A stretch of 64,000 nt of DNA from an uncultured bacterium (lineage in GTDB: Bacteria; Hinthialibacterota; Hinthialibacteria; Hinthialibacterales; Hinthialibacteraceae). The translations under genes and the position numbers were made by a program. Positions 1 through 9,850 of the stretch are shown piece by piece. The notes under the pieces are model-generated. The model made no database searches, had not been told where the DNA came from, and saw only the letters and a list, made by a program, of their open reading frames with translations. Location of the stretch: contig CAYQOX010000004.1 in NCBI GenBank assembly GCA_964419335.1, positions 31,310 to 95,309 of the forward strand, given 5' to 3'. The stretch's first letter is position 1, and the number at the start of each line of letters is the position of its first letter.

Positions 1-11
1 CACAGGAAACC

Positions 12-1286
12 TTGCCCCACAACCTACTCGTCGTCACCGTGGGTGAGGAGCCTGTCAATAATTTATGGTGTGATGTCGAGTCGCTCTCTTCTCCTCCATG
101 GGGCATCGCGGGATGGGAAACGATTGCGGGCAAGGTATATGCCATGCATGAGGAAGGAGGCGAAGCCACCGTCTCCATTCTTCATGAGGAAACCGGTGAA
201 CCTCTGTATGTCAAATCAATTCAGTATCCGAGCTCACGTGAATCCATCAATTCGCAGTCTTACTTCTTTTCAGCGCGTTTTACAGATTTATTACCCAAAG
301 AGGAAAATGTCGCCCCTCCCGAAGTCTTAGATTTCTCGATCCACCTTGAACCCGATGATCCTCTCCCTTTGGATAATCGTCTCTCGCTCACCGTGCCAGC
401 CATCGACCGTTTTCGCTATGCCCTTTTAGACCAATCTCAAGAATCGCAAGAAGTCGTAACGATATTACAAACAGCCATTAATCCTATGCGTGATTCCAGT
501 CAAGCGCCTCCGATCGAAACGGAAATCCTTACCCCCCCCTTCGATCTAGAGAATGCTTCTCCGCATCTTCTCCTCGTCGCGAAAACCCTGAACGAATCAT
601 GGGCACCCACCCAAACCAACCAGGTTCTGGAATATGTACGAAATGGCGGCTCAGTTATCGTATTCACAGGTGCGGCTGAATCCCAGGATCCCGAGTGGGA
701 GGCTTTTCTAGAAGAACTGGGGTGGTTATGGAAAAATGAGGATCCCGCAGTAGAAGAAAACTCCCTCTCAGTAACCGGTTCGGATATCTTGGCGCAATCG
801 CTTTCTACCTGGGAAAACGAAATGTGGAACCCATGGATTGGAGAACGGCATGGGACCTTACGTGGAACCCCACTCGTATCCTATCGGGTGGGCGATGAGA
901 CCCACCACTTAGTGAGTGAAACCGTACTCGGAAAAGGGAAAATCTGGCTCGCGAACTCCAGTCTGGAACCAAATGGAGATACGCTTCTATCCCCCCTCTT
1001 GCCCGCCTTTTTATGGGAAACCGGCAAAGAGCAAGCGCGGGATCACCAAACGTACGATTTTTCCATCCCTGCCCCGAGTGAAGAATCCAATCTCACCTTA
1101 CTCACAGAACAAGAAAAACAGGAATTAGAAGATAACTATGGCATTCAATTCGCAGAGTTGAGTAATCTACGCGAAGCACTCGATAATCTATACGGAGGTA
1201 CAGACTTGCGTCTGTTATTGATTTTCCTCTGCGTGGTGTTAGGAGTAACCGAATCATGGATGTCCAATCGCTTGGCCTCGTTATAA
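12..1286 (+). CDS. Hypothetical protein with C-terminal transmembrane anchor; probably 5'-partial
   Basis: The ORF begins at a TTG and there is no in-frame stop upstream, so it likely continues beyond the window start. The C-terminus is hydrophobic (LRLLLIFLCVVLGVTESW). I recognised no catalytic motif. Confidence 0.4.
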   Translation: MPHNLLVVTVGEEPVNNLWCDVESLSSPPWGIAGWETIAGKVYAMHEEGGEATVSILHEETGEPLYVKSIQYPSSRESINSQSYFFSARFTDLLPKEENVAPPEVLDFSIHLEPDDPLPLDNRLSLTVPAIDRFRYALLDQSQESQEVVTILQTAINPMRDSSQAPPIETEILTPPFDLENASPHLLLVAKTLNESWAPTQTNQVLEYVRNGGSVIVFTGAAESQDPEWEAFLEELGWLWKNEDPAVEENSLSVTGSDILAQSLSTWENEMWNPWIGERHGTLRGTPLVSYRVGDETHHLVSETVLGKGKIWLANSSLEPNGDTLLSPLLPAFLWETGKEQARDHQTYDFSIPAPSEESNLTLLTEQEKQELEDNYGIQFAELSNLREALDNLYGGTDLRLLLIFLCVVLGVTESWMSNRLASL

Positions 1287-1319
1287 ACCATCAATCTATG
1301 TTTACCCGCATAAAATGAG

Positions 1320-3149
1320 ATGAACCATTTGGAAAAATACTTTTCACAACGGGATTTGATCCTCACGAGTTTTTTGCTTGGTGTGATGGTGTTGCTTGCC
1401 CCCCTTTTTCCCCAACTCTCTCACCCAAAGTTTGAATTTTTCTTTCGTTCATGCCTCTATTTGATGATGGCGATCCTCTTCGTTCGCGTAGGGGTTTCTT
1501 CTGCGATGGCTCGCTGGAAAACCCTCCCGTGGCTCTTCCCCGCCCTTTTGGGTTTGCTCTGGTTCATGTTCACCATAACATACTCACCCGCCATGTATCG
1601 TGCCACAGAGAAACTCTCCTTAATGATTGCGGCATTGCTTCTATTGTTGATTTTGTATACCTTTCCTTTTTCCAATAAAACATTCACCCTTTTGGCTTGG
1701 TGCCTTGCCACAGGGGGATTGTTGGCCGCCCTGCAGGGACTATATAGGCAATGGATTGGTTTTGATGAATTTATCAACCAAATGAAGATGTACTCCCTGT
1801 ACGATGAAGAAATGCGCCGCGAAATGATCGTCTCCCTCGAAGCCAATCGGGCCATGGGACGGTTTAGTAATCCCAATCATCTGGCGGGCTATCTGGTTCT
1901 CACGCTATGGGTATTGTGGTATTTATGGAAGCAACAGCAATCCCGCATTCTAATCACACTATACTGCATTCCTATTTTCATAGGTATTTACCAAACCTTT
2001 TCACGCAGCGGTTTTCTGGCTTTCGTTTTAACTCTTTTTCTCATCACAGGTTATGAAATGGGGCAAAGGGGTTGGTTCCAAAAAATCCGAGATCATCTGA
2101 AACCTTTTCTCGTCATGGTGTCGCTCGCATTTCTTCTTGTAGGAGGAACCTTCCTCGCCTTGATTCTTTTTCGACCCGCTTGGATTCCTGAAACTCTCTT
2201 GGGTGGAAGATTACTGACGATCTCCACGATCGTTGCCCGGATTCACTTCTTCCGGGGAGCGTTAAGTATTATCGAACAATATCCTATTATCGGCGTTGGT
2301 CCAGAAGGTTTTGAATCCTACTACAGCCAAATCCTACGCCCCGGCGATGCAGAATCGCGATATGTCCATAATTGGTTTCTTGAATCTGCGGTGGAAGGTG
2401 GCATCCTGGCCACGTTTCTCCTCTTTTGGTTCCTAGGCTCGATAATCCTGTATTTATATCGTAAAAAAGGAAAATTATCTTCTTCGGCTCTATTCACCGC
2501 TTTCGGCACCGGCTCGATTTTTCTTTTATTTTCTTTAATCGATTTCACCAATAATCTCATGGAATATTGGATCATTCCACTCTTCTTCCTCGCGAGGATC
2601 GACCGCCAATCTTTCACCCAACGCACATCCCCAACCTGGATCAAGGGAATAGGATATGCACTTTGTATTTTCTTGGCCTGTGCATGGCTCTTATTAGGCT
2701 TATGCCGTTATCTTAACGAAACCTATCGCGAACAAGGCCAGATCCTGACGATGGACGACCAACCCCGCGCCGCGATTCAAGCCTATGAAAAAGCAGTTTT
2801 GTTTGATCGGAGCGATGCCGAATCATGGCGTGATCTGAGCCGAGTGTGGGCACAACTCCCCTCTCCCCAAGCAAAATTTCAGTGGCTGCGATGTGCGCGA
2901 ATGGCGGTGAAATGGGCACCCCGACGCGCCTCCATGCATGCTGACTTGGCCGACGCCCTCTTCGTGCTAGGATATACGGAGCGCGCTTTGGAAGAAATTC
3001 GAACCGCGCAGCAACTCTTTCCTGCACGTCCCATTTATTACAAGCAACATGCCCACATGCTTGAACAATTGGGACTCGAAGAAGAGGCGCAAAAGAAGAT
3101 TCAAGAAGCCCAAACCCTTGAGAAGCTGATCGAGCAAAGAAAATTATGA
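1320..3149 (+). CDS. Polytopic membrane protein with an O-antigen ligase/polymerase (Wzy_C-like) domain and C-terminal TPR repeats
   Basis: There are many hydrophobic segments and an FSRSGFLAF-type Wzy_C motif. The C-terminal 150 aa are TPR-like (AIQAYEKAVLFD..., ALFVLGYTERALEE...). Confidence 0.6.
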   Translation: MNHLEKYFSQRDLILTSFLLGVMVLLAPLFPQLSHPKFEFFFRSCLYLMMAILFVRVGVSSAMARWKTLPWLFPALLGLLWFMFTITYSPAMYRATEKLSLMIAALLLLLILYTFPFSNKTFTLLAWCLATGGLLAALQGLYRQWIGFDEFINQMKMYSLYDEEMRREMIVSLEANRAMGRFSNPNHLAGYLVLTLWVLWYLWKQQQSRILITLYCIPIFIGIYQTFSRSGFLAFVLTLFLITGYEMGQRGWFQKIRDHLKPFLVMVSLAFLLVGGTFLALILFRPAWIPETLLGGRLLTISTIVARIHFFRGALSIIEQYPIIGVGPEGFESYYSQILRPGDAESRYVHNWFLESAVEGGILATFLLFWFLGSIILYLYRKKGKLSSSALFTAFGTGSIFLLFSLIDFTNNLMEYWIIPLFFLARIDRQSFTQRTSPTWIKGIGYALCIFLACAWLLLGLCRYLNETYREQGQILTMDDQPRAAIQAYEKAVLFDRSDAESWRDLSRVWAQLPSPQAKFQWLRCARMAVKWAPRRASMHADLADALFVLGYTERALEEIRTAQQLFPARPIYYKQHAHMLEQLGLEEEAQKKIQEAQTLEKLIEQRKL

Positions 3150-4054
3150 ACACAACAGCCCCTTTCTCCTTACTCCCCAATGTCCATCCTCGTAGGAAAA
3201 CCCGCCAAATGTTCGTTCGCGATGTCCCCGTCGGTGGCGAAACACCTATTGCAGTCCAAACCATGGTCAAAGTCCCTACGACCGATTACGACGCGGTTAT
3301 GCGTGAATTAGAATCGTGCATCTCCATTCAACCCCAAGAACTACCCGATCGAGAACAAAATATCCTTGAAGAATTAGGTTGTTGGGAAGATGCATGCAGA
3401 CTGGCTCCATTTCATTGCGATATTAATCGCGTGAGTGTGCCCGAAGAAGAATCGGCGGCAGTCTTCGAAAAAATTGTAGCGAATTCTCCTATTCCCTTGG
3501 TTTCGGACATTCATTTTCGTCCTCCGATGGCTGTGGCGGCTTTACAAGCAGGTACAGATAAAATCCGCATCAATCCCGGTAACATTCGTGATCCCAAACT
3601 TTTACGCCAAATCGCACGGGAAGCCATTGATCGAGGAACCCCTATGCGCATTGGCGTCAATGCGGGTTCGCTCGATAAAGATCTGCTCAAGCAATATGGG
3701 GATCATTCCGCAGAAGCATTGGCGATCAGCGCTCAAAACTCGGTGAAACTCATGGAAGAAGAAGGGGTGAAGGATATTGTCGTTTCGCTCAAGGCGAACG
3801 ATGCTCGATGGACGATCGACGCGTACCGCCTTTTCGCCCAAAAAAATGACTACCCCTTACACCTCGGAGTGACCGAAGCAGGATGCGGCCGCGCTGCTGT
3901 AATTAATTCATGGGCGGGACTCGGTTCGCTTTTGCAATTAGGAATCGGGGATACCATCCGTATTTCACTGACCGAAGATTCCAGACTGGAAGTGGTCGTG
4001 GGGCATCTACTTTTACATTACCTTGGCCTACCACGCCATGAGCACAGTAAATAA
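3146..4054 (+). CDS. ispG: IspG/GcpE (HMBPP synthase) homolog, N-terminal TIM-barrel domain only; no C-terminal 4Fe-4S domain
   Basis: It aligns to IspG from the N-terminal region (RRKTRQMFVRDVPVGGETPIAVQTM) through RIGVNAGSL and GIGDTIRISLTED. It then stops, with no CxxC...C cluster domain and no room for one before the convergent gene at 4130. Confidence 0.6.
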   Translation: MNTTAPFSLLPNVHPRRKTRQMFVRDVPVGGETPIAVQTMVKVPTTDYDAVMRELESCISIQPQELPDREQNILEELGCWEDACRLAPFHCDINRVSVPEEESAAVFEKIVANSPIPLVSDIHFRPPMAVAALQAGTDKIRINPGNIRDPKLLRQIAREAIDRGTPMRIGVNAGSLDKDLLKQYGDHSAEALAISAQNSVKLMEEEGVKDIVVSLKANDARWTIDAYRLFAQKNDYPLHLGVTEAGCGRAAVINSWAGLGSLLQLGIGDTIRISLTEDSRLEVVVGHLLLHYLGLPRHEHSK

Positions 4055-4129
4055 AAGAAATAAAAACGCCGGGAGGGTTAATCGAATGGCCTCACCGGCG
4101 CTTCTCTTTAACTACGGCCAAAAAAAATC

Positions 4130-5290
4130 TCATTTCTGATCGCTGCTGGACCCTACGATGATGTTATCATCACCAAAGTTTTCCACCGAAGCGCTCTTTT
4201 CATAAAAGTGAATTGCATTTTCCTTGATCCCTTGAGCCGTATAAAAGGGGCTAGAAGAATCAAGCGGCAAATGTACGGTTGTATCGAATGTCGCGGATTG
4301 ATAAATCGCGGTAATTAATTCCATGGTTTTGCGCCCTTCTTCTCCGCTGACAAGAACCTCACTGCCGGTTTCAATCGCCGTCAACATATTATCAAACTCA
4401 CCTTCATATAATTCATATTGCAAATTTGGAAGGCTTTCATATTTCTCGTTGATTTCTTTTTCCGTATCCGGATCCCTATCGGGAAAGCCATTGCTGCGCG
4501 ACTTGGAAGCATACACTTTCCAAGGGAAAGAAATTCGTGCTTTTTCTCCCTGAAACACCAATTGCTGCTCTTCGCCATGATGCACAACAGAACTGGTAAT
4601 TTGTGCCAAAGCGTTGTTGTCATATTTCAAAATAGCCATAGAAAGGTCTTCTACTTCCGCGTTGTCATGGGCTACGTTGGTCATGATGGCGCGTACCTCC
4701 TTCGGCATGCCCATCATCCATTGGAACATGTCGATATGGTGTACCGCATGGTTAAGCGTACAACCACCGCCTTCTTTTTCCCATGTGCCGCGCCACCATA
4801 GGTCATAATAACAATGGCCACGCCACCAGAACGATTCCACATGAGCGGCCAAAATATTGCCTGCAAGGCCTGAATCAAGGATCATTTTCAGCTTTTGAAT
4901 TGGATTCCGGAAGCGGTTTTGGGCAATGATGGCTAAATTTTTACCGTTTTTCTTGACTGCCTGAAGCATGGCGTCACATTCCGCCAAACTCGAAGCCATC
5001 GGCTTTTCACAAATCACATGCTTCCCTGCGTTCAAGCAATCCACGGTAATTTGTGAGTGGGTATAAGGCGGTGTGCAAACGGAGACCAGGTCGAGACTAT
5101 CATCCTCCAGCATTTTTTTGTAATCATCATAAATTTCTACATGAAGCCCTAATTCGTCTTTTTTGGCCTGGGCTTTTTCGGGATAAGTATCGGACAGGGC
5201 TTTAAGTTGACAACGATCGGAAAATTTCTTGTACGTTTCCGCATGGGTTCGAGATATCCCACCGGCTCCAATAATGGCTACATTCAACAT
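4130..5290 (-). CDS. Gfo/Idh/MocA family oxidoreductase (cytoplasmic)
   Basis: It has an N-terminal Rossmann motif (MLNVAIIGAGGISRTHAE) and the GFO_IDH_MocA C-terminal fold pattern. Confidence 0.8.
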   Translation of the reverse strand: MLNVAIIGAGGISRTHAETYKKFSDRCQLKALSDTYPEKAQAKKDELGLHVEIYDDYKKMLEDDSLDLVSVCTPPYTHSQITVDCLNAGKHVICEKPMASSLAECDAMLQAVKKNGKNLAIIAQNRFRNPIQKLKMILDSGLAGNILAAHVESFWWRGHCYYDLWWRGTWEKEGGGCTLNHAVHHIDMFQWMMGMPKEVRAIMTNVAHDNAEVEDLSMAILKYDNNALAQITSSVVHHGEEQQLVFQGEKARISFPWKVYASKSRSNGFPDRDPDTEKEINEKYESLPNLQYELYEGEFDNMLTAIETGSEVLVSGEEGRKTMELITAIYQSATFDTTVHLPLDSSSPFYTAQGIKENAIHFYEKSASVENFGDDNIIVGSSSDQK

Positions 5291-5430
5291 CGCTTTTTCC
5301 TCACTTTATTTATCTTTAGGATTGATTACATGCCAATAACAATAATCGTACATTCATCATAACCGAACTTCTTTTTTCAGTGAACACACGAAACGGTTGA
5401 ACCTGCCCGTACATAACCTATAGTATTCAT

Positions 5431-6630
5431 GTGATAAAACTATACTGGAAAAATGGAAAGCCAATGACAAAATACGAATGGATCAAGTCTCTCTTAGCGG
5501 GAGAAAAAAATCTGCCCATCCCTCAACACTGGATGTCGTTTTTCAATGGCGAGGTCGCCCGTCGTCTCACTCCTCCAGAATGTCACTATTACCCAATGTG
5601 GATCTATGACGTGCCTGAGTATTATGATATGTCACCCATGGGGCCAGAGGCATTGGAACGCATGATCAAGTTCAATCAGTACACCGGGCGTTGTTTCGCT
5701 TGCCTAGGTAAAGGAGCCAACATCTGCTTCGGCCATGGCGGGCCTGGAGAGTTCTTTTCCCGCCTTATCCATAAGGATGAAAACGAATTGGTCGTGGAAT
5801 ACGAAACCGGGGTGCGTGCTCAGGTGCGATTCGATCCTCATTTCTATCACCATTTCGATCACCCAGTGCACACGATGGAAGATCTGGAAAAATTAGAACT
5901 GCCCGATCCGGCCAATCCCGCGCGTTACGAAGGTTTTGCCGAGGATGTGAAATACTTAAAAGCCCGAGGCGAGTATGTCATTGCTTCCCTGAACGGCTTT
6001 TTCTCCGGCATTCATTATTTTCTGCGCGAATATACCGAAACCCTTATGGGATTGATCACCGAGCCGGAACTAACCAAAGCCATCACGAAAAAATTGGGTG
6101 AATGGAATCTCACCGCCGCGCGTAAAATGATTGAAGCGGGCGCCGATTGTATCGACCTTTGCGATGATCTCGGGACAAAAAAATCGTTACTAATGAACCC
6201 CGAAATATACCGTGAAGTCTTCAAACCATGGCATAAACGCCTATGTGAGGAAGTGCATGAATTAGGCGGTGATGTGCATCTGCATACTCATGGAGCAGTA
6301 GGAAAAATCCTGCCCGATTTGGCAGAATGCGGCTTTGATTTCATTAATCCCTTCGATCCCGAGGAAAAACATGATATTCCCCAACTCATGCGCGAGTATT
6401 CCCAACATTTTATCATCGTAGGTGGCTTCCCCACCAGTTTTTGGGAATGGGATGCGCAACAACAGAATGATTATCTCAAATACATGGGCGATTTAGGCAA
6501 GGAATACGGGCGATTGATCTTCATGGATTCCGGCGGGGTTCCCGATAATGTTACGAAAGAAGACTTCGATCGTATCAATCGTGTCAGCCGCGAAGTTCGG
6601 GGGATCCCCGAAAGTGGGAATTTTGTGTAA
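5431..6630 (+). CDS. Uroporphyrinogen-decarboxylase-fold protein (MtaA/CmuA-like methyltransferase family)
   Basis: It has URO-D-like architecture and motifs (DLCDDLG, FINPFDP). The internal Met at 5464 is an alternative start. Confidence 0.5.
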   Translation: MIKLYWKNGKPMTKYEWIKSLLAGEKNLPIPQHWMSFFNGEVARRLTPPECHYYPMWIYDVPEYYDMSPMGPEALERMIKFNQYTGRCFACLGKGANICFGHGGPGEFFSRLIHKDENELVVEYETGVRAQVRFDPHFYHHFDHPVHTMEDLEKLELPDPANPARYEGFAEDVKYLKARGEYVIASLNGFFSGIHYFLREYTETLMGLITEPELTKAITKKLGEWNLTAARKMIEAGADCIDLCDDLGTKKSLLMNPEIYREVFKPWHKRLCEEVHELGGDVHLHTHGAVGKILPDLAECGFDFINPFDPEEKHDIPQLMREYSQHFIIVGGFPTSFWEWDAQQQNDYLKYMGDLGKEYGRLIFMDSGGVPDNVTKEDFDRINRVSREVRGIPESGNFV

Positions 6631-6703
6631 TTCACAACAGTTCGAAAAGTTCGAAACGGGGAGGTTGAAGCAACCTCCCCGTTTTTTATTGTATCCAGTG
6701 AAG

Positions 6704-7951
6704 TCAGAGTTTCGGCAATTCCCAAGGATCACGCCGGGGACGATCGAGGTAGGTATTCGCATCGTCATCGTCGATAAAGACTTCTTTCTTCGGATCCCAC
6801 GTTAATTTGCGTGCTGTCCAGCGCACGAGATTCATAAAGTGGCACATGGTCGTAGAACGATGGGCTTCTTCGACATCGGCGATAGGCCGTTCACGGCTTT
6901 TCACGCAATCAATGAAGTTTTGCTGATGGTTTCGGCTTACTTCCAATTTTTCTTTGAGATCCAACTCATCAAGATCAATCTCGGGATCGGTCTTATAGCG
7001 GCCGCGATCAATCAAAATCGTCCCATCTTCACATTCAAAGAAGCCGCCGCCAGCGGGTCCCTTATTATCCATCCTTACCTCGACCCCATCTTCATAGCGC
7101 ATATGAACAGGACGGTATAAATCTCGATAGCTGCCTTCTGTCCAAATTTCCACCGGTCCCGATTTTACCGTCCCCAAGGCCCATTGCATGATATCGATTC
7201 CATGGGCACCCCAGCCGGTCACTTCACCGCCAGAATAGGGCATAATGGATATCCAGCCGGGTTTTGCCCGTGGTGTGTAAATGTCTGGATGATAACCGCG
7301 CTTTTCGGCCGGTCCCAACCACATATCCCAATCCAAGCCTTCAGGAACCGGATACGAGGAGAACGGCTGATCCCAAGGACTTTCGTAATTGGCTCCATGA
7401 ACCACTTTCACTTTGCCAAACACTTCATTACGCACCAATTCGCAGCCTATCCGGCAATTGGTCATGGAACGCTGCTGGCTCCCGCACTGAACGATACGCT
7501 CATTTTTACGTGCGGCTTTCACCATCGCGCGGCCTTCAGCAATGGTCAGGGTCATGGGTTTTTCCACGTAAACATCTTTGCCCGCCATGCAAGCATGGAT
7601 GGAATTAAGCGCATGCCAATGGTCTGGTGTAGCCACAATGACCGCGTCTACATCCTTGTCTTCCAGCAGATCGCGATAATCCTGATATGTCTTCCAATCC
7701 TTCCCCGCAGCGACTTTGTCCATGCGTTTTTTGTTCACATCGCTAATAGCAACGAACTGCGAACCTTGGGTGCGGCTGAAATCCCCCATCAGCTGCTGTC
7801 CTCTGCGTCCCGGGCCGATCACACCGAGTCCTACGGTATCATTTGCCCCCCAAACTTTCTCCGACACCAACATCGGCGCAGTCACCGCGAGTGCGCTGCC
7901 ACTCCCACGTTTGATGAAGGAACGTCGTGTGATAAAACTTTTGTTCGTCAT
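6704..7951 (-). CDS. Gfo/Idh/MocA family oxidoreductase with Tat signal peptide
   Basis: It has a twin-arginine leader (TRRSFIKRGSGSALAV). It has the GFO Rossmann and C-terminal domains. Confidence 0.8.
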   Translation of the reverse strand: MTNKSFITRRSFIKRGSGSALAVTAPMLVSEKVWGANDTVGLGVIGPGRRGQQLMGDFSRTQGSQFVAISDVNKKRMDKVAAGKDWKTYQDYRDLLEDKDVDAVIVATPDHWHALNSIHACMAGKDVYVEKPMTLTIAEGRAMVKAARKNERIVQCGSQQRSMTNCRIGCELVRNEVFGKVKVVHGANYESPWDQPFSSYPVPEGLDWDMWLGPAEKRGYHPDIYTPRAKPGWISIMPYSGGEVTGWGAHGIDIMQWALGTVKSGPVEIWTEGSYRDLYRPVHMRYEDGVEVRMDNKGPAGGGFFECEDGTILIDRGRYKTDPEIDLDELDLKEKLEVSRNHQQNFIDCVKSRERPIADVEEAHRSTTMCHFMNLVRWTARKLTWDPKKEVFIDDDDANTYLDRPRRDPWELPKL

Positions 7952-7973
7952 AACACTTTCCTCCTAGCTATGA

Positions 7974-9044
7974 TTATGCTTTTTCATTTCCGATGCGTTG
8001 TAAGACGGCGCGCATATAACCCAGCGCATAAGCCTTCCCCGCGTGCCATGGCGCGTCGCATGTCATTTGGGGTGTATGATCAGGAATCAACACACCGTCA
8101 AATTGGTTTTGATGTAAGATCTTCATTATCCGATACACATCCACATCGCCTTCGTCGATGAATACCTCATGATATCTGGGTACTTTCCCTTTTACATTCC
8201 GTAAATGGACATAGGCGATCGCATTCTGGCGGCTATATTGATCGGTATATTCGTAAATATCACCCTCTTGCATCTCTTGCAGCGTTCCCACGCAGTACTC
8301 AAGCGTATTCGAAGGGCTAGGGACGAGATCCAAAAGTTTTTGATACATCCCAGGTTGATACACAAGCCGGGCGTGCCCACGCAACGTGGGCATGGGTGGA
8401 TCATCGGGATGGGCCGCCAATTTGACTCCTGCTTCTTCTGCGACGGGAATCACTTCTTGAAGGAACCTCTGCAGACGATTCCATAATTGCTCGTGGGTTA
8501 CCGGATTATGATCACCTTCCTCGGCTTGGGGATCATAAACCATGTTCCAAATATGCCCCTTGGGAATCGGAGTTTCCTTTGGGCCTTCCTCACCAAGAAA
8601 AGCCACGGAAGTGGCCTTTCCCCGCGCCCAAGGACCATTAACATGCCCCCAGACACCAGCGATACTAAAGTTATAGCCCATAATGGGGATCCCTACTTTT
8701 CCTAAGCGGCGAATCATGGTTTTCACGTCTTCGATTTGTTGATCTCGTTTTGGGCCATCGAGCAAAATATCATACCAATGCGAAGGGTCGAAATTCTCGA
8801 TCGCCTCCAGTTGCAATCCTTCCTCATTGATCGAATGTTTTAGATCCCTGAGTTCTTCTTCGTTCCAGAGTTGACCTTGATTTGCAGAGATCCCCCAATT
8901 ACGCTTCTCATCCGTGCCATGCAAAAGTTCACCGGAAAAATAATTAACCAAATGGGCTACGATATGAGTACATCCCGCTTGTCGTGCAAACTGAAAGTTT
9001 TCCTTCGTCAGCATATGACGGTATAAACCTAAACCAATCTTCAT
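7974..9044 (-). CDS. uxuA: Mannonate dehydratase
   Basis: It has strong UxuA signatures: IPVAEEAGVKLAAHPDDPP, GDVDVYRIMKIL and IPDHTPQM. Confidence 0.75.
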   Translation of the reverse strand: MKIGLGLYRHMLTKENFQFARQAGCTHIVAHLVNYFSGELLHGTDEKRNWGISANQGQLWNEEELRDLKHSINEEGLQLEAIENFDPSHWYDILLDGPKRDQQIEDVKTMIRRLGKVGIPIMGYNFSIAGVWGHVNGPWARGKATSVAFLGEEGPKETPIPKGHIWNMVYDPQAEEGDHNPVTHEQLWNRLQRFLQEVIPVAEEAGVKLAAHPDDPPMPTLRGHARLVYQPGMYQKLLDLVPSPSNTLEYCVGTLQEMQEGDIYEYTDQYSRQNAIAYVHLRNVKGKVPRYHEVFIDEGDVDVYRIMKILHQNQFDGVLIPDHTPQMTCDAPWHAGKAYALGYMRAVLQRIGNEKA

Positions 9045-9059
9045 AAAACGCGCCTTTCT

Positions 9060-9821
9060 CTAAAAACCAATGCTCGTACCGCCATCCACAGGAAGAACCA
9101 CACCGGTAATATACTTCGCCGCGGGAGAGCATAAATACACGGAAGCATACCCAATGTCCTCTGCTTCGCCCATTCGATTCATGGGCGTACGGCTAAGTAC
9201 TTTGTTCAATCGTTCAGGATCATTCGAAAAGGCTTTCCGGGTGATATCACTCGTGATAAATCCTGGAGCGATCGCATTGACACGAACCCCATGAGGCGAA
9301 AACTCGGTTGCGAGAGTCCGCACCAGGCCTAGATAAGCGGACTTCGCCGCAGAATAAGCGACCGTCAGGGGAAGGCCAAAGAGTGAGGCCATAGAAGCCG
9401 TAAAAAGAATCGAGCCATGTTTCTGTTCCAGCATGAAAGGAACGAGGGTTTTGGTTAACGCAAACGCCCCCATGACATGCGTATTTAATACATTCGTAAA
9501 CTCTTCGTAAGTCGTCTCGATCGCCGCTTTTTTTAGGTGAATGCCAGCATTATTAACTAAGATCGTAGGCATCCCCATGCGCTCTTTGATCCGCTGAAGC
9601 AGTTCAGGCACTTGATCTAACTGAGTCACATCGAACACTTCATAAGTTGCCCGTGACCCCATAGTGTCTACCGCTTCTTGCAAGACACTTTCACGACGTC
9701 CCACAAGTATGACGTTCGCCCCCGCTTGGGCCATACATTGCGCCGTCGCCAATCCTAAACCACTTCCCCCTCCAGTGATTAATGCGACTTCATTTTCTAG
9801 AGAAAAAGGTTGTGGAATCAT
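9060..9821 (-). CDS. SDR-family oxidoreductase, KduD/IdnO-like (2-deoxy-D-gluconate 3-dehydrogenase / gluconate 5-dehydrogenase type)
   Basis: It has a TGGGSGLG cofactor motif, NNAG, and a YSAAK catalytic Tyr/Lys. The N-terminus ([12 protein letters not shown]) resembles KduD (FSLEGKVAVVTG). Confidence 0.65.
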   Translation of the reverse strand: MIPQPFSLENEVALITGGGSGLGLATAQCMAQAGANVILVGRRESVLQEAVDTMGSRATYEVFDVTQLDQVPELLQRIKERMGMPTILVNNAGIHLKKAAIETTYEEFTNVLNTHVMGAFALTKTLVPFMLEQKHGSILFTASMASLFGLPLTVAYSAAKSAYLGLVRTLATEFSPHGVRVNAIAPGFITSDITRKAFSNDPERLNKVLSRTPMNRMGEAEDIGYASVYLCSPAAKYITGVVLPVDGGTSIGF

Positions 9822-9850
9822 ACGCCTCCTTTATTAAACAAATCTCGTTT

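Noticed and set aside
7184-8161. Long antisense ORFs inside well-supported genes, for example 7184-8161 (+), 21466-22068 (+) and 40891-41301 (+)
   Set aside because: They lie entirely within genes with strong family motifs on the opposite strand. They have low-complexity, Arg/His/Cys-rich composition typical of antisense frames, and no recognisable domains.
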